From positions 106,270,001 to 106,334,000 of the forward strand of contig CM059431.1 in assembly GCA_030390025.1 (NCBI GenBank): DNA of 64,000 nt, written 5' to 3'. The notes under the pieces are model-generated. The model searched no databases. It saw only the letters and a program-made list of their open reading frames with translations, and was not told the origin of the DNA. Every line of letters begins with the position of its first letter. The stretch's first letter is position 1. The DNA is from Squalus acanthias. Its lineage: Eukaryota. Positions 61,367-64,000 of this stretch are shown one piece after another. The position numbers were made by a program, and so were the translations under genes.

Positions 61367-61802
61367 GCAACAACAACAACAACAACTTGCATTTATAGAG
61401 CTTCCTTGACGTCCCAAGGCGCTTCACAGGAGCGTTACAAAACAAAACTTGACAGCAGGCAAGTAAAGGAAGGGAAAAATCAGCCAGGGTTTCCTGCTCC
61501 TGTTCATTATTCATGCATGGACATGAGGTAAGGGCAGAATCAGGCTTAGCTGTGCTACTGACCACTACAACCACAATTTGCATTTATACAGCGCCTTTAA
61601 CCATAGCAAAACGTCCCACAGCGCTTCACACGAGCGGTTATCAAACAAAATTTGACACCGAGCCACATAAGGAGATATTAGGGCAGTGAGAGATGGGTTT
61701 TAAGGAGCATCTTAAAGGAGGAAAGAGAGGTAGAGAGGGGGAGAGGTTTAGGGAGGGAATTCTAGAGCTTAGGGCCCAGGGGGGCCAGGCAGCTGAAGGC
61801 AT
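61367..61802 (-). mobile_element. Two L2 3' ends (61367-61460, 61565-61802) around an ancient-SINE fragment (61470-61560)
   Basis: (CAA)n tails with TTGCATTTATA; middle part matches 23100-23190. Confidence 0.75.
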
Positions 61803-61987
61803 GAATGCCTGTAACAACCGTAGCTAAAAGCTGTGGATCAAAAGTGAGAAACTTTGGGAGAAGCTCCCATATTACGCAGCGTTTTTATAACCTGTGCAGC
61901 TTTTTGTTTCTCGATGTAACAGCAACTGGCCCGAATGTGTCAAAGAGCAAAGAATGCTTCGAAGTGTGTTAAAATGTTATACCACTA

Positions 61988-62088
61988 AAGAAAGACTTGC
62001 ATTTATATAGCGCCTTCCATGACCTCAGGACGTCCCAAAGTGCTTTACAGGTAATGAAGTACTTTTGAAGTGTGGTCACTGTTGTAAT
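61988..62088 (-). mobile_element. Deu-type SINE 3' fragment
   Basis: AAAGAAAGACTTGCATTTATATAGCGCC tail. Confidence 0.75.
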
Positions 62089-62251
62089 CAAGGAGTCTCT
62101 GATAACATCCTAAATGCTGGAACAAAGTTTAAATAATTTATTATCAAGCTAAGGGCCGTTTTAACTGGGGGGGGGTTAAGGCATGTTTCCTCTTTTGGAA
62201 CCCAGTGCCAACATCAAGGCGAGTAAAGTTTCCCTACTGTGCCTTAACAAT

Positions 62252-63021
62252 GGCCCGGATTTTGCGGTCGGCGGCGTTACTGAGGATTACGACGCTGGCA
62301 TCCGAACCGAATGCACTCTTCCCTGCTGGGAACCCTCCTCCGAGAAGTTGCTGTCAGACGCTGTGCAGTAGAGGGCAGCGCAGCGGTCCACGGATCCCAG
62401 GGGCGCACCGTGTGCGTAAGCATACTTGGCAACACGTGGGCCAGTGCTCCAATCAGCAAACAGAAGGTCTCTCATTCACCCCCTGTCTCTCACTCACAAG
62501 CCAAGAGGGTATATTACTTTTCATGGACAATAAATATAACTATAATAATCCTGTGGGTCATGTGTAAAATGCTTGCAACATTCAAGTAAAATGCAGAAAC
62601 TTTCTCGTCGCATCCAAAAATAAAAATAGCGGATATATGCCAGGCAACAGTGGAATGGGCGAAAAAATCATATTCCACACTGTCTGTGCTTGTAGTTTAA
62701 GCTTTTCAAATTAGATATAAACTTGGATTTCCAAAAGGTATCCCGTGACGCTGTGCAAACAGGCTCCTGCGCCTGTTTGCACCAGTCGTAAAAATTTTCA
62801 TACGTAATTGCTGGGCAGTTGGTGGGCAATTAGCCCAATTTTGTGCCAGCAATTAGGATTATAATGTTGGAGCGGATGATCTGTCAAGTCAGAAATTGAC
62901 AGGTCGCAAGTTCAGGATTTAGGGCATGCACAAGCGCATCCCGAAATCCCGAACTTGCTGTCCACTTCAAAGGCGTGAAAAGTTTGAATTTTCAAAAAAT
63001 TTCAACCGGAAATTCTGCCCC
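62252..63021. mobile_element. Hairpin-bearing non-autonomous DNA transposon (Harbinger-like), diverged
   Basis: GGCCCGGATTTT ... AAATTCTGCCC imperfect TIRs; subterminal hairpins like those at 38032-38115. Confidence 0.5.
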
Positions 63022-64000
63022 ATTGTGTCTTTTCTGTAACCTCAGAAAAACAAGCCCAGCTACAGTATCATCCTGGATGATTTCATTTCCCACACCAGCA
63101 ATTCTTTAGTCCTCTCTGAAAGGGATTGCTGATTTAATGCCAATTTATATCTGCAGATATATTTGTTGGAAGTAGACAAGGAATTAACAAAAACAAGGGG
63201 TTGTAACATTAGATGATTAAACAGGGACCAGGTGCTCAGTGGGCTGGAACACTGCCCTTTTACAACATGGAATCTGGCTTTGAGGTTGATGGGATGAAAT
63301 TCTCCTCTCTCCGACTGGTACAAGGATCCGCTGTAAATGAAGCTGTGCAGTCACACCCCAACTTGAGTCAAATTGGCACTGAATTTCCTCACATCAAGCC
63401 TATAAAGGTGTCTAGAAGAAGTGAAAAATTCACAGTGGTGTAATAATTGGTGCTCTTCTGAAATCAGAGCTACGAAAATAAAGAAAGCAAGAGAAAGCTG
63501 ATAGGTGCTCACCCTACGGTACACATCAAAACGCTTCAGAATTTATTTTTTTTGTACGTTGGAGTATATTAGGGCTCTTGAAACCAAAGTTGATTTGACT
63601 TCTGAAGGAAAGAAAATATTATGGACGACGTATGGAACCCAGAAATCATTTTCAGAGATTATTCTACTGGCTCAGCACTGTGGCAAACAAATAAATGGAC
63701 TTCTGCCGGGCAAGTCGTGTTTTTACGTGGGATGCTGGCGTAACCAGGTGGCAGTCTAATTGGCTGCAGTCTCCCGACTTGTCGGCAATCGAACGGTTGC
63801 TGTGTAAGTGAATTGACCATCAGTGCCAAATTCCTATTGTTACTTCCAGTTTGTAAGAGTCGGATGCCTTGACAGTTATGAAGACTGAACCGTGCAGAAT
63901 GCCCTTGCATCAAATTTAATGTCTTCGCAAAATAGATGCAACATTACTCAGCCAACCTATAACAACATAATCGCTGAAAAATCAGCATCAAACTTAATCC

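Overview
Repeat-dense vertebrate DNA, intergenic or deep intronic, with no recognisable host protein-coding gene. The repeat set (CR1 LINEs with esterase-type ORF1, L2 LINEs, Deu-domain tRNA SINEs of the SacSINE1/AmnSINE1 type, an HE1-like V-SINE) points to a cartilaginous fish; this is an inference from recalled family sequences, not a database search. The only long intact coding frame is a 983-aa CR1 ORF2 (47374-50325). It lies in a nest: a GC-rich TIR element was split by a full-length decayed CR1, which was then hit by the young CR1 and by a second TIR element. Also present are a 1.5-kb solo LTR with a 4-bp TSD, a 7.6-kb (GA)n-ACAGTCA satellite with higher-order duplications, an RTE 3' end and hairpin-rich Harbinger-like MITEs. 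The most notable signal is a set of small TSD-flanked Penelope-like insertions of two families carrying minimal hammerhead ribozyme motifs. They include two ~90-nt inserts that are almost only ribozyme plus tail, and two fold-back (inverted) inserts. Most ORFs in the track are repeat fragments or low-complexity artefacts.
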